Source: Negaprion brevirostris (Eukaryota). Taken from it: a stretch of 64,000 nt of DNA. The stretch covers positions 40,748,804-40,812,803 of the forward strand of contig JARDVH010000031.1 of NCBI GenBank assembly GCA_030324005.1, in the 5' to 3' direction. Made by a program: the position numbers and the translations under genes. This document shows positions 12,185 to 25,312 of this stretch, piece by piece (the stretch's first letter is position 1; each line of letters opens with the position of its first letter). Below the pieces are notes generated by a model. The model had not been told where the DNA came from and did not search any database. It saw only the letters and a program-made list of their open reading frames with translations.

Positions 12185-12317
12185 AATAAATTAAACTTTA
12201 ATAACACCAAGTGAATATCTCAGCATATTGTTAAACTGTTATGGTTTATTATTTAGTATAATGATATTTCTGTAGGTCATAGGGAAATGGGCGGTAAATT
12301 CATACTTCATTAATAAA
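12185..12317 (+). promoter_or_regulatory. Candidate polyadenylation signals (AATAAA at 12185 and 12312)
   Basis: Lie downstream of the stop at 11924 in an AT-rich UTR-like stretch, with GT-rich sequence after 12317. Confidence 0.4.
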
Positions 12318-12769
12318 ATTGTATTTACATTTGTAATTGTGATATAAAATTAATTGTGGTTTCACATGCTTTTGTAAGAATAATGGTACAATCTACACTA
12401 TTATGTTCTCCTATCATTCTTCAGGAAATAGTCCACATCTTGAATTCTCAGATGACTGATTTAAGCACTCTTAAATGCAGAATTGAAAAGTTGCACATTT
12501 GGAATTTTTAACAATGTCTTTTGACAATTCTAGTTTTTCTTAACTTAAAGACAACAAGGTGGTATTTTTCATGCATCCACTACTGATATATGATATCTTG
12601 CTAGAAACAAAGTTGTTAATCATAGGTAAATATTCCATCCAAGATCCTTTATGTGACAAGTAATCAAATTTTATCACAAATAGGGTGAGACTTGGGAAGC
12701 TGAGATTGTTTCTGTTAATGCCAAGAAATGTAAGTAATTTAATACAGATCCTCAGATTTTTGATAGAGT

Positions 12770-13345
12770 GAGGAAAGACTTGCATTTAGATCAGCATTTT
12801 TTATGAAATAACAAACCACTTTAGAGCCAATGAAGTTCTTTTGAACTATAGTCGCCATTGTAATGTAGTAAACACGGCAAATCATTTGCATACAGTTCGG
12901 TCCCACAAAGAGTAATGAAATGAATGGATGGCATGCAAGTATTAGCCAGGACAAATGTTCTTCTAATTTTTTGGAGTGCAAAGGCAATTTATTTAAGTTT
13001 TTTTTGTACCGTTACACAGTACAATAAAGTGGCCAACTTTATGCACAGCCTGCATGGGGATTTTGAGGTTGCTGCATGGCCATGCAGTTTACAGGGAACA
13101 TTACCCAGAACACCCAGGAGAATGCCCTGGCTCTTCTTTGAAATTGTACCATGCATCTACCCAAATGGGCAGGTGGAACCCCAGTTCAACAACTGGCATG
13201 AAAGCTAACAGCACTGCACTTCATCAGTGCTGTCATTGGAGTGTCAGACTAGATTTGGTTTTCAACCCCCTGGGCTATGACATGAATCCACAGCCTTCCA
13301 ACTTAGAACCAAGTGTATTGCTAACTGAGCCACAGCTGACACAGG
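12770..13345 (-). mobile_element. DeuSINE/SacSINE1-like SINE
   Basis: L2-like tail (gacttgcattt...gccaatgaag), Deu-like core (cagcactgcac..cagtgctgtcattggagtgtcag) and head (ctgagccacagctgac). Confidence 0.7.
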
Positions 13346-13394
13346 CACAAGGTGAACTGATTTCCACCCACTGGCTGATCAGTAAGCAGAAGAC

Positions 13395-13630
13395 TCAGAT
13401 TTAAGGCAATTGGTAAAATAAATTGAGGGGAAATAAGGAGACATTTCTAATGTAGCAAGTTGTTGTAATGTAGAATGCACTGCCGAAAGGGCAGTGAGAT
13501 CCAATAGTAACTCCTAAAAGGAATTAGATATATATTTCAATAAGAAAAACATTGCAGAGCAATGGAAAAAGAACAGGTGAATGAAACTAATTGAACAATT
13601 CCTTCACAAAAACCAGCAGAGGCATGGTAC
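13395..13630 (+). mobile_element. Old CR1 LINE 3' fragment
   Basis: gaatgcactgccgaaagggcagtg...aaaaggaattagatatatatt, typical CR1 ORF2 end and tail. Confidence 0.6.
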
Positions 13631-13634
13631 GTTA

Positions 13635-13920
13635 AAGTTTCTAAAGTTTATTTTAGTGTCACAAGTAGGCTTACATTAACACTGCAATGAAGTTACTGTG
13701 AAAATNNNNNNNNNNNNNNNNNNNNNNNNNNNNNNNNNNNNNNNNNNNNNNNNNNNNNNNNNNNNNNNNNNNNNNNNNNNNNNNNNNNNNNNNNNNNNNN
13801 NNNNNNNNNNNNNNNNNNNNNNNNNNNNNNNNNNNNNNNNNNNNNNNNNNNNNNNNNNNNNNNGACCCAAGCTGGGATGCGAACCAGAGTCCTTGGGGCT
13901 GTGAGGCAGCAATGCTAATC
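13635..13920 (-). mobile_element. HE1-related SINE spanning a gap
   Basis: gtcacaagtaggcttacattaacactgcaatgaagttactgtgaaaat matches 37190-37240; head at 13864-13920. Confidence 0.75.
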
Positions 13921-14682
13921 AGGCTGAATTGCCTCTTCTTTATTGAATGCTTCTATGAAAATAGTCAGGGAAGAGCTGACTTACAAAGTCAAGCTATTGA
14001 ATTAAAAACAGAATGTTATTATGGGCTATCTTATATTTATTTTCACATTTAGCAAAATGATTACCATGTCTGCCACACAGCTATCTCCAATAGACTAGAG
14101 CTCTATGGGAGCATTGCTATTGGACTGCAGCTCACAGGGAATTATTAAGGAATCTAGAATCTTTATTGGGAGCTTTTGATCACTGATCATGAATGGAGAG
14201 GAAAAGTGGGTTATAAATCATGGGATTAAGAAAATCAGATAGCATGTGACCTATCTTGATGTTAAGCATTAACCAGTTTTGTGAATATTTAAGAAGTATT
14301 TTTATCCCAATTAACAGATGTAACACGGAAACTGGTGAAACAGATGTCGGGTAAATAATAATCTGCATTAAGCAGTGACTGCTCTTTAATAGACCAATTT
14401 ATATGTTTCATGCAAAATAACTTTCTTTAAATATTCTATATTTCTGTGACAGATTTCTTCTTATGTGGTCCAATGATGTTGTAAATGTGTGTGAATAATC
14501 AAACTGGATGACAGGAAGAAATCAGGTTTGAGTTAAGTTTACTTAGAAAGGCACATGTCTAATAACTGGAATTAATATCTTTTAGAGGAAACAGTACCAA
14601 CATTATTGTCTAATATTTGGCTTTTATACCTAATATTCTCGAATACTTGGAAAGGGCATTGTGAAGGGCAAAGAGTACTGCA

Positions 14683-14698
14683 GAGCCACCTAGTGTAC
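14683..14698 (-). promoter_or_regulatory. Candidate CTCF site
   Basis: Minus strand gtACACTAGGTGGCtc is close to the CTCF core CCACTAGGTGGC. Confidence 0.35.
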
Positions 14699-15959
14699 AG
14701 AATTTATAAGTTGTTATTTACATTTGTTTTTATTTTCTGCCGAATACTCAGGGATGAAAATGATATGAAATAATCTATTTCCAAAAATTGGCCATAACAA
14801 TGAATCTGTTCCTCATTTAATCCGTGCATTACATCAACGCCTTTGCCATTCCATAAAAGAATACTTTAAACCCCCATTACGTGAAATTCTGGGGCATTCA
14901 TTCTCAATGCCGTTGACTGTAACTTTTGGTGCCAAATAGTTCGGGAATATAAATATAATATTTGTAGGATTTATTTTTTAAACGCAAAATAGGTTAAAGA
15001 CAAGTCAGTGAATAGCCATGGGCGTATAATGAACTACATCAGATGCTAATGGGACATGGGGAAATACAGGGAAGAGAAAAATTCAATAAATAAACAGCAT
15101 TGCCTTAAATTCCCACCATCATTCTGTAAACATGTGGAACAACTATGCCCAGCACGCACTGTTAAAGGATCAGTGAGACTGATTTATGAAAACTCGCTCA
15201 GATCAATTTGAGTAAAATTTCAACTGAGTTTTACACCATTGGAAGTGTAGCGGTTACACTCCTGACACTGTACAGTGCTGCAATGTGTGTATCCAATTTG
15301 TTGTTTATCCTTCACATATTTCGCAAAGTTCTTTAGAATTGTCCATACCCAGTGGTAATATCAACTTCAGGTATGGTTTACATTGCTACAGTCTGTGTAG
15401 ATTATTTATTGCAGTCGGCCTTGGATATAATGCCGCCGCTTTCCCCAGTACGATTCCGTTTTTAAGAAAATGCCACTAAAGTAAATCTCTAACAAAAAAT
15501 GACCAATCACTGAAATGATATCGTGACAGATTTTTAAAAAATGTTTCCTACAGTACAACAGTGAGTACGCTTCAAAGAAAAGTGGCTGCAAAGCGCTGAG
15601 GTGAAACATGCAATATAAATGCAAATTTATGTGGTCAGCTGAAATTATAGTCACCAGGATTCCTCTAATGATTATGTATTTTTTTCTTTTGTTTAAAATG
15701 CTCACTGTTCCTAAATTACCTCAAATATGTGGTGGGGCTTATTGATTGGTTGATGAATCTGTGAGACTAGATTAAATTGACATACTCATTATTCAGATTT
15801 CCATTCACTTCGTTTTTCTTTCAGATTTTCTTCCATGTCGGTATCTGTTTTATTTGTTGGACTAGGATTTCACCAGTATCAGACTATCTGCAATTCCTCA
15901 CTCAGTGATCACTATTTTCATAAGAAAATCTTGATAACCAATGAATCTTTCACCATCGC

Positions 15960-16235
15960 AATCCGAGCACAGGGTGTTTTTTTCACAGGTGACCTTGGGT
16001 CTGCCCTGTTTTCACACAGTCCACATGTGCACATTTTTATTTACGTACGCCAGGGACAGGGATCATTGACAAACCCTGGCTGATGTACCCTTTCCTAATC
16101 CAGAAATAGAGGACAATTATCGCGTTGTGACCAGCACTCAGCTGAGATCAGTAGCACAGACAACGGACTGCACCTGATACCATCCTGTTGTACAAAGCAC
16201 CACTGCTCACTAGATAAGCCCAGGAAACGATTGGG
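15960..16235 (-). mobile_element. Old tRNA-derived SINE relic
   Basis: aaccctggctgat...cagctgagatcag..cacagac pattern recalled from shark SINE families; highly diverged. Confidence 0.4.
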
Positions 16236-18400
16236 ATAAACTTCCAATTGTGGCGGAGAATTTCGGCTAGCTAGTGCTGAATAACTTGCGCAACCGCTGT
16301 CAAATCAGCATAAAATAATAAGCGAGCGCACAATCTTTTGAAAAAACAACACACTGGAAGTTTACCTTCATCCACAATCCAGATCAGGATCATGTCCCCA
16401 GATTGAGTTCATCACTATTGTGACCTTCCGCTTGTGGTCTTTCCAGGGGGCTCTTAAAAATAAACTCTTTGGACGCAAATAGGCATCTTTTAAAAGTTTT
16501 TGAATGTTAGCTGATGTGAATCATTTAAGATGGAATCCTGCAGTTACATTGTCTGAAATCTTTGATCAGATTACTGGTTTTTAATCGCCCCTAGTCAGTA
16601 TATCAAATGATAACCGAAGGTGTATATAATAGCAAGCTTAAATTCAGATTGTAAATGCTGTCACTGTCTGCATTAACATTACAGTATTTTGTTTTCGCTT
16701 CTTCTGTTTACCTAGTCCATTGCTTTATTAATATGACAGAATCTTGTCTAATCCTTTGGTCACATACTATAATGATCAATAATTGAAGTAAGTTGGAAAA
16801 CATTGTTTTCTGTTATTACACACACGGTTTTTGAACTGGAGTTATTTTCTCTATGTATAAAGTAATAAAATCATGGATTTAAATTTATATTTTCATTATT
16901 TCACAAATAATACAGGCACAAAAAGCTGCCACTATGTTGTAGGTTGTTGGTTACAGTTTGGTTGGTCAGTAGAAGTTTTTGTAATCATTCGCAGATAAAC
17001 TAAATTTTTATTAACTCTTAGAACTATTTGCAAATATACTGTAAAGGGTACAGGCGAAGAGCTGTCTCCATGCTTGCTGGCACACATGACTCTGTTCAAC
17101 ACTCCACTGCATCTGGTTTTGGATCATATGCTTGCTCACATCGCTATATGGGCAGTACTGTACTCAGTCCCACATTAACCCTATATGTTCCAGACCCTTA
17201 TACTACACCTACCCACATTCTTACCCGATGTAGTTTAAACGATTATAGTTTACCTTCTGTTCCACATTGTCTTTAGCATCATACATTTACATTGTCATTA
17301 TTGTTTTCCCATCTCCCCCCCACTTTGAGATTTTGAATTCAAAGTTTCAGGTGGTCGGGAGGCCTTATAACCCTTCCATATCTCATCCGCACCAATTTGG
17401 GAGGATTGATAGGCTCTGATGTTGTTGGTTCTTCCTGTAGATTGGGAGGTAGTTCTGGAATCTGAGTGTATTTTCATCCTTTTCTTCCATTCTTTCATGT
17501 TGAACAGCACTTGCTCATTTTGGCTGTTGTGTTGGTTGGTGGTTGCTACAAAACTTGTGTTTTGGGGGGTGAGCAAATGTTGTACTCACCTCCTTGTCAT
17601 TTCTTTCACTTCTTCCATCATGGGTTGTGGTGATGTCCTCTGTAGTGGAGGGTGAGCATTCCTGTGGCTAGAATGAGGTTCAGTGTAACATTCACCATGG
17701 CGTTTCACTGTCGCCAATGGACAGCTGCTACCAGCTTCCAGCATCTTTTGTGGCTTTGGCAATGTTGGCTGAGAGTTTAAGCGTATTTTCAGTGATTTGC
17801 TGTGCCATCGTCAGAGCTGGAGGTAGAGGTTCATCGGACTGCTAGTTGCTCTCCCTTACATCTTCCACTTAAGGCACTATGGCTCCCTCTGGGTAGCTGC
17901 TCTGATCATTGTAGGTTTTCCAGCATCTGTAAGGAGAATGGTCAAATCTTCTCCACAAAGAGAGAAGACAATTCGGAACTGAAGTCCCTGTCACAAAACT
18001 CTTTTTTTGTTTGAGGACTTGAGAGCCTGCAATTTTGTTTAATTAATGAGAATGTCTCTGCCAACTTCTGCCAGTTTGAGGAGATTCAGGGATACACAGG
18101 GATCTCTGCTCAAGAGGGAGAAAGATTGGTTACAGATGACGTAGATCAGCTTGAAGATCTATTTGCTGCCATATTGTCTAGAATCAGATTCCTCCAGGTC
18201 CTTACAGTGGTGTGTCTGTAGTTTGAAGCCAGAGATCTTTCATGGCTCTCTGTCTGACAGAACTGTTATGCTAGCTCCTGTATCTAAAATTTGTTAAATG
18301 GCCATTGACTGAAATATTCCGGGTCCACAATGAGAAACCAAGATCTTTTGAGTTCACTGGGTTTGCACTCTCGACTTCATGGATAATTGTTGGACTTACT

Positions 18401-18527
18401 GGTTGGAATTTTACTGCCCCGCATGATGCAAGAAACAGAGTGGATGTAAGGCGGCCAATGGGAAGGTCCATTGCCCTTGTGTAGGATTTTATGGTGTTGG
18501 GATGAACGAGACCTTAGAATCCCACCA
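18401..18527. mobile_element. About 130-bp Harbinger-type MITE inside Gypsy gag
   Basis: Imperfect TIRs ggttggaattttac / tagaatcccacc; similar to 18921-19048. Confidence 0.55.
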
Positions 18528-18920
18528 CCTGTGTGTTTCAGAGTTTTTGCCCAGTACGGTTTGCAGTAGTGTCCAATCCTGTTACACTGAAAGCATTTGG
18601 CTGAAATTGCAGGATGTTGATCTTGCCTGTGGGGGCACTTTGCTCCACGGTATTGCACAGTCACTCTGCTGCCTGGCTTGTTAACCTGGTCTGGGATGTC
18701 TCTATATCTCTGTTGCTTCACTAGCTGAACTGTGGGTTGGCCTCTGCATCACAGCTTATTCACTCCCCTTAAAATTGTTCTGTGCTGCTCACGAGTTCTG
18801 ACTGCCTAACCAGTCAGATTGCTTTTTCCAGGCTTGGATCTTCCTTTGCTTGCATAAGGTCAGAGAGTATATTGTTCATTACTCCTACCATTATTCTGTC
18901 TCTGATGAACTCAGATTTTA

Positions 18921-19048
18921 TGGCTGGAACTTTACTGTGCCACCCGCCATGGGAATCGAAGCAGATGAGGGGCGGAGCATGGAAAGATCTGTTGATCTTG
19001 GATGGGAGTTTATGGTTTTGGGACAAGCAAGGCCATAAAACCCCACCC
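18921..19048. mobile_element. About 130-bp Harbinger-type MITE inside Gypsy gag
   Basis: TIRs ggctggaactttac / ataaaaccccaccc flanked by tta/taa (TWA-type TSD); removing it restores the gag frame D-L-K-S-E. Confidence 0.6.
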
Positions 19049-20479
19049 TAAGTCTCTGTATTCACGACATTCTGCCATCCTAAACTGATCATTGGCAAAT
19101 AAATCAATAAGTTCTCCCGGCTGCATAACTCACTTGATAAATTTAGCCCTTTTGAATATGTCATTGCTTCTTAGATTGAAATAAATGTTGAAAGCTTTAA
19201 GTTTACCACATGATTTATTGATTTCCTGTCTTGCAATAAAATCATCCTCAATTTTCCTACTGAATTAAGCAGTGTGTTATCCTTTTCTGCTTTTTTTTTG
19301 TCTAAACCTGACGTGATGCTGTTTTTTGGAATATTTTCCCCCAAAGTTCCTGATTATATGATTGATTTTGAGCTTGGATTGGTCCAAACTGATTTGGAAG
19401 TATGGAATAGTTAGAATTGTAGGTGCTGATTTCTAAATTTCAAGATGGCATCATCATTCACTTGGAGGCAAAGGGATTTCCCACACTTGTTGGTTTTGAC
19501 AGGCTCCACTGAAATGGTGGTTGTGTTTGAAAAAAATATTCAACAATGTCTGTCTGGATTGACTGCACCATTCTCTTGCTTTACTTTAAAATCACAAATT
19601 TGTTGGTTCCTTTTTTTTTGCTCTCAGCTGTGTTTAGAAGTTACAACTCTCCCAGAATAATTAATCGATTATTTTCTCCATTTTGGATCTAGCTCGGATG
19701 CCATGTACTGGGTGCCAACTCAAGGGTTTTGGCAATAGATTTTTTTGAACTGTACTTTTGGCTCTGAATTATTAAAAGATTTTGCAGGATTAGCTGTAGC
19801 CTGGTATTTTAAAAGATTTAACTCACCCTTGCCTGGTCTGCTGATTCCATTCTGGGATCAGAAGCTGGAGTTCCAAAAGAGATGCAATGGAATCTTCTGC
19901 TGCAGGAAGAAATTTTAAATTTCAGTGTCCAGTCTCTAAGCCTTTTTTTAGAGATTTTTAGAATTTTTTGTGGCACCTTTGTTTCTCTGGTTTCTTCTCA
20001 TGTCAAATTGTTTTCCTGAATTATTTTTCAGTCTTTCAGCATTTTAGTTTCTTCTGCATTTTTTGGGTTTTTTTCAAAAACAGCAGTTGTAGAGTATTGG
20101 TTACAGTTTGATAGGACTGAAGAGGTTTTTTAGCCATATGTAAGTCAATTGTGTTTCTTGGCTTTTTAAGCTATTTACAAATATGAAGTAATGGGTACAA
20201 ACTCTGACTTGATTCTATGCTTGCTGATACACATGGCTCTGTCTAACAATATACAGACTCTGGTTGACGGTCATGTGCTCTTTTGTATCACTGTGTGAGT
20301 GGGACTGTACTCAGAATAATGTTAACTGTATATGTGCCAGACCCTTGTACTACATTGACTATGTTAATCCACGGGTGCTGAGCCATTGTCAAGGGAGGGG
20401 GAGGGGGAGGGGCTTAAGTCCCACCCTCATCCACTTCCTGTTCCAGAGAAACCTTCTCCTTGCCTTGCCAACAGGGCAA

Positions 20480-23400
20480 TGTAACATTCTAACAATGCCA
20501 GATTTGTGAGCTTTAAACTAAAAGAAAAAAAAAATGTCATTTGCACATGTAGATGCAAACTAACAATAACAGATTTATTCTAGAAGCATTTGTGTACAAA
20601 ATGAAACTAAAAGCAGTAGCCTGTGAAACACCCCAATGACATCACCATCAAATCATGTGACCAGCTCTTAAAGCAATCATGTGAGCACTTAAATACATAA
20701 TATTCCCCTTTACTTCTGTGGTCATGAAAACAAATTAGTACAATGTTATACATAGGATCAATAAATACTCTGGACACTGGACTATGCATCATTAATCATT
20801 ATACACACATTATAACCATAAGAAAGTTGATCAGGAAGATCAAATTTCCTGTTTGGTTGTATGCAATGTTATGGAATTTGGCTGTACTTGACCCTGGAAG
20901 TATGATTTGGGACTTCAGCAGACACTTGTTCTCTTAGAATTAATTCTGCATCATTCTGATGTGGCATAGACACAATCATCAGGAAAATCAGATTCAACTA
21001 AGAGTGGTGTTTTTCCATCCGTTTTTCAATGGTTTGTTCAGTTGTAATAGATCTCATGGTAACAACACCTAGCTATTTTAAGTGTATGTCAGTTATGACT
21101 AAGAACATGTCACCCTCAAACAGGCCAGCAAAATCTACATGCAGTTGTTACCATGGCATTATAGGCTATTCCAAAAGGAAACAACAATGCTGTATTTCTT
21201 ATTTGTGCACAGGATTGACACTGTCCCATTTTTTCTTCAATCTGAGCATCCAGGCCACCAAAATAAGTATGTGTTAATTCCTTAATTCAGATTATACTAG
21301 GACATCCTTCATTTAGCTCTCAAGAGCCCTTCCACACAGACTAGGAGGAATAATCACTCAGATTCCCCACAATAGACACCCACAATGAATGGTCAACTCA
21401 AGCTTTCATGACAAATATGGTTTTAAATCAGGAAGACTACAGCTATCGTTTCTTTCAATACCTCATTCATCACCTTCCCCATCACGGGATCATTTCTGTT
21501 TTGTCTCTGAACTTGAGAAGTTGTGTCAGGCAAATTACTACTCGTGAAAAATAAAGAATATCAGCAGAACTGGTTTTTGACATCTGTTCAAAGGGTAAAG
21601 GTAAGGTGATAATGCAGTAGCATTAGCATGATAATGTGCAGTGGAATGTGCAGATAATACCAGTGACCATCTTTGTAATTGGCTAGTAGCTAAGAAACTC
21701 ATGCCTTTACATGGCCCAAAAATGGTAGCTAAGGGTCCATGATCAGTCAATAAGGTGAAATGATGACCATATAAATAATGATGAAACCTTTGTATGTCAA
21801 AAATAAAACTCAATGCTTCTTATAGTCAGATTCAGCAGTAGTCAGAGTACTTGAAGCAAATATTATTAGTCATTCCTTTCCCAAAGGCATAATATGTGAA
21901 ATGACTGCCCCTACTCCATAACAAGCAAGCAATAATGCTGGCTTTGGATTAAAATGAATCAACACTTGAAACCTCTGCAAAGTATCTTTGACATTGTTAT
22001 ATGCTTTCTCACATTCTGTTGTCCAGTTCCATGTCTGTTTCACACAATAAATTATAAAATGACTTCAATAATGTAGCTAAGTTAGGAACAAATTTGCCAT
22101 CATAATTTACTAATCCTAGAAATGACCTCAATTGTGTCATATTCATCAGATGTGGTGCTTCTAAAATAGCTTCCATATTTTTAGATGCTTTATGTAGGCC
22201 TTTACTATTGATAATGTGGCCTAGATACTGGACTGATATCTGGAAAATGTCACACTTTTCTTTCTTGATGTACAGACCATGTTTGAAGACATTCTAACAT
22301 TCCTTCTTAATTATTCAAGTGCTCTTGTTTACTGGACCCTGTAATTAGAATATCATCCAGCTAACATTGTACACCAGAGACACCAATTAATATCTAATCA
22401 TTGATCTTTGGAACAGGATTGGTATGGATGTTATTACTAAAGGCAATCTTTTATCATGAAAAAAGACATTTATGAGTAATGATTGTAAGCAATGTATGAG
22501 ATTCAGTGGCTACATTCATGTGAAAGATCAATCTTGCTAAATTTCTACCCACCTGATAACCCAGCAAATAAATCTTCAATTAAAGGAAATGGATATTGAT
22601 CAGCACATATTGGATTTATGGTTGTTTTAAAATCACCACAAATACAAACTGAACCATTTGGATTCATGACAGGTATGATGGGGGTAGTCCAATCACCCAT
22701 TATAATTGGCTCTAACACATCAGTATTAACAAGTCGTACCAATTCTTCTTTGACCTTGGGACGAATTGCTTTTGCTTCGAGGTTTTTGGTTAACTATTAG
22801 ACTTTATCTTGAGTTTCATTTGAACTCCCTTCACTGAGCCAAGCTTCTCTCTGAATACACTCTTGTGTTTATCCAAAAGGTGCTGTAGGTCTATTCTGGC
22901 ATCAACCAATCTGTTGACAGCATTCCAGTTAGGTTGCATCTTCTCCAGTCATGATCTCCCAGATAGAGCTGGAGGCTTACCATGCATCACATAGAGAAAC
23001 AACTCCTCTGTTTGCCCACCCAACACTACATTGACCATGATGTAACTTTTAACGGCACTATCTCTTCTGTCTATGTCATTAAAATCACATCAGCTGGTTT
23101 TAAAGGAAGATGCTTCAGCTTTTGTTAGTATGTAGTCTCAGGAATTAAACATATAGCAGCACCAGTATAAATCTCCATCCCAGTATGTTGCCCACTTAAC
23201 TTTGGAATCGCCCAGAATCTATGTGATTTGTTCTGTACGGTTAAGATCATTAGTTGGAACTCTTTGTCAGATCTCTGGACATTCTCTTCACAGTCATAAT
23301 TATTTTCTTCCATGATGTAAAGTGTTTTTGTAGAATGCAACTTGTGCTTCTTTTTGAAGGCACCCAGATTCTTCTTGTGAATATTATTCTCAGGGAAAGC

Positions 23401-25312
23401 TGGTCTAGCCCAACAAACTTTTGTAATGTGCCCCATTTTTCCACAATCCTTGCATTGACTATCCTTGCTTCAGAATTCACTTGCTGAATTGTCCATTTTG
23501 GCACCAGCTCCTGCTTTTAGTTTCATTTTGTAGGCAAGACCTCCTAGACTAAATCTGTTATTGCTAATTTGCATCTATATGTCTATACATATGTATATGT
23601 ATAGACATATAGATAAATATATATCTATATTTTCTTTTTGTTTATAGCTCACAAACCCAGCATAGTTAGAATATTACATTGCCCTGTTGGAAANNNNNNN
23701 NNNNNNNNNNNNNNNNNNNNNNNNNNNNNNNNNNNNNNNNNNNNNNNNNNNNNNNNNNNNNNNNNNNNNNNNNNNNNNNNNNNNNNNNNNNNNNNNNNNN
23801 NNNNNNNNNNNNNNNNNNNNNNNNNNNNNNNNNNNNNNNNNNNNNNNNNNNNNNNNNNNNNNNNNNNNNNNNNNNNNNNNNNNNNNNNNNNNNNNNNNNN
23901 NNNNNNNNNNNNNNNNNNNNNNNNNNNNNNNNNNNNNNNNNNNNNNNNNNNNNNNNNNNNNNNNNNNNNNNNTAAATCGCTTAAAGAGTCAAGAAACACA
24001 ATTAACCTATATATGGCTACAAAGACGTCTTTAGGCGTATCAAACTGTAACCATCACTCTAGATGGTGGCTGCTTTTGGAAAAACACAAAAGAAAATGCC
24101 GAAGAAGTCTAAAATGCTGGAACATGCTTGTTGCTGTTTTGACCTCTAAAGGAGAGTTCCTAACTTATAGATCTTCACTCCTGAATCAAATTATGAAGCC
24201 TCCTTTGCAGCCAGTTCCATTGACACTGCAATTCCTACTGCTGTCCTTAAAGTCAAAGCATGTTCTGACGGCAATCTTCTTTGGATAGCCTCATTTTGGA
24301 GACCACAAACAAGATGATCTTGAAGAGAAACATCTAATGACTCACCAAACTCACAATGTTGTGCCAACCTTTTTAAGGTTGCGGCAAACTGAACAATGTT
24401 TCCGCCTTCCACTTGATTCCTTTGGTGGAACCTAAACCATTCCAAGATGATCAATGGTTTAGGAGAGTAATGCTCTTCAAGGATCTTTGTCAAGTCATAA
24501 GTTTTGGTTTCAGGTTTTGCTGGATGAACCAAGCTCTGGAGCAAATTGAAGGTTTTACTTCTGAATGTGCTAAGAAAAACTGGTATGAACAGCTCATCTG
24601 CAGTTTTATTTGATTGCACAAAATACTGAAACTGCTTGGTATAGGCACTTCATGATTTATTTTCTTCACTGAAAGGGCTCATAGATGCTAATTGACCCAC
24701 CATTTCTCTTGCAAGCACTAGTGACTCAAGACTGCTCCATATATATATTTTTACTGTCTTCCCTTTCTACCCTGGGGATTCCATTGACATTATGTATTTT
24801 CTTTCTCAAATGGTCCCAGCTGTACAGCAAAGTATCCCTTTTTTCAAACATGCGAGATACCATTTGGAATTTCACCCTTCTCTGATTGAAAAAGCCCTTC
24901 TTTTAAAATCACACAGAGATCTTCCATCCTTAGTTTTCTTATATGGTCTTTGTCCAATGGCAATTCAATCTTTAATCCTGTTGTGGATTTTCCTCAGCTT
25001 CTGACTTTTGACGTGAGAGGACCCAGAAAGTTGTTATTTTCTTCTTAGGATCTTTTCTCAATGTTTGCGATGAAACAAGATCCCAGTTCGTATCAACTTA
25101 CTTTTGTGACGTCCTGCCAATGTTAGCAATTGTAGGTTTTAAATAAAAAGAAAAGATGCGGTTTGTACATGTATATTCAAACTAACAACAACAGATTTAT
25201 TCATGGGGCTCTTGCCTCTTCAGCGTACAAAATGAAATACTCCCAATGACATCACCCTCAAATCATGTGACCAGCTCTTAAAGTAATCACACAATCACTT
25301 AAATATATAATG
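20480..25312 (-). mobile_element. Near full-length decayed Gypsy LTR retrotransposon; LTRs about 20480-20702 and 25105-25312; TSD GGCAA
   Basis: gag (KILEEHYSPKP..FRFHQRNQ), knuckle (GHITKVC), RT (ICGDFKTTINP), RNase H (YGHHFTLLTDH) and integrase; aligned LTRs; GGCAA at 20475-20479 and 25313-25317; degenerate PBS atcccagttcgtatca near 25080; PPT-like ttcccct after 20702. Confidence 0.9.
23628..24120 (-). repeat. Inverted duplicate of 20037-20530, partly hidden by a gap
   Basis: 23628-23693 is the reverse complement of about 20463-20530 and 23974-24120 of about 20037-20178; total spans match (about 495 bp). Confidence 0.8.

Larger units (their letters stand above)
16936..20354 (-). mobile_element. 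Decayed Gypsy LTR retrotransposon; LTRs about 16936-17207 and 20088-20354
   Basis: The LTRs align (ttggttacagtttg...ccagacccttrtactaca); gag KSEFIRDRIMVGV and zinc knuckle CFQCNRIGHYCK; pol largely deleted. Confidence 0.85.
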
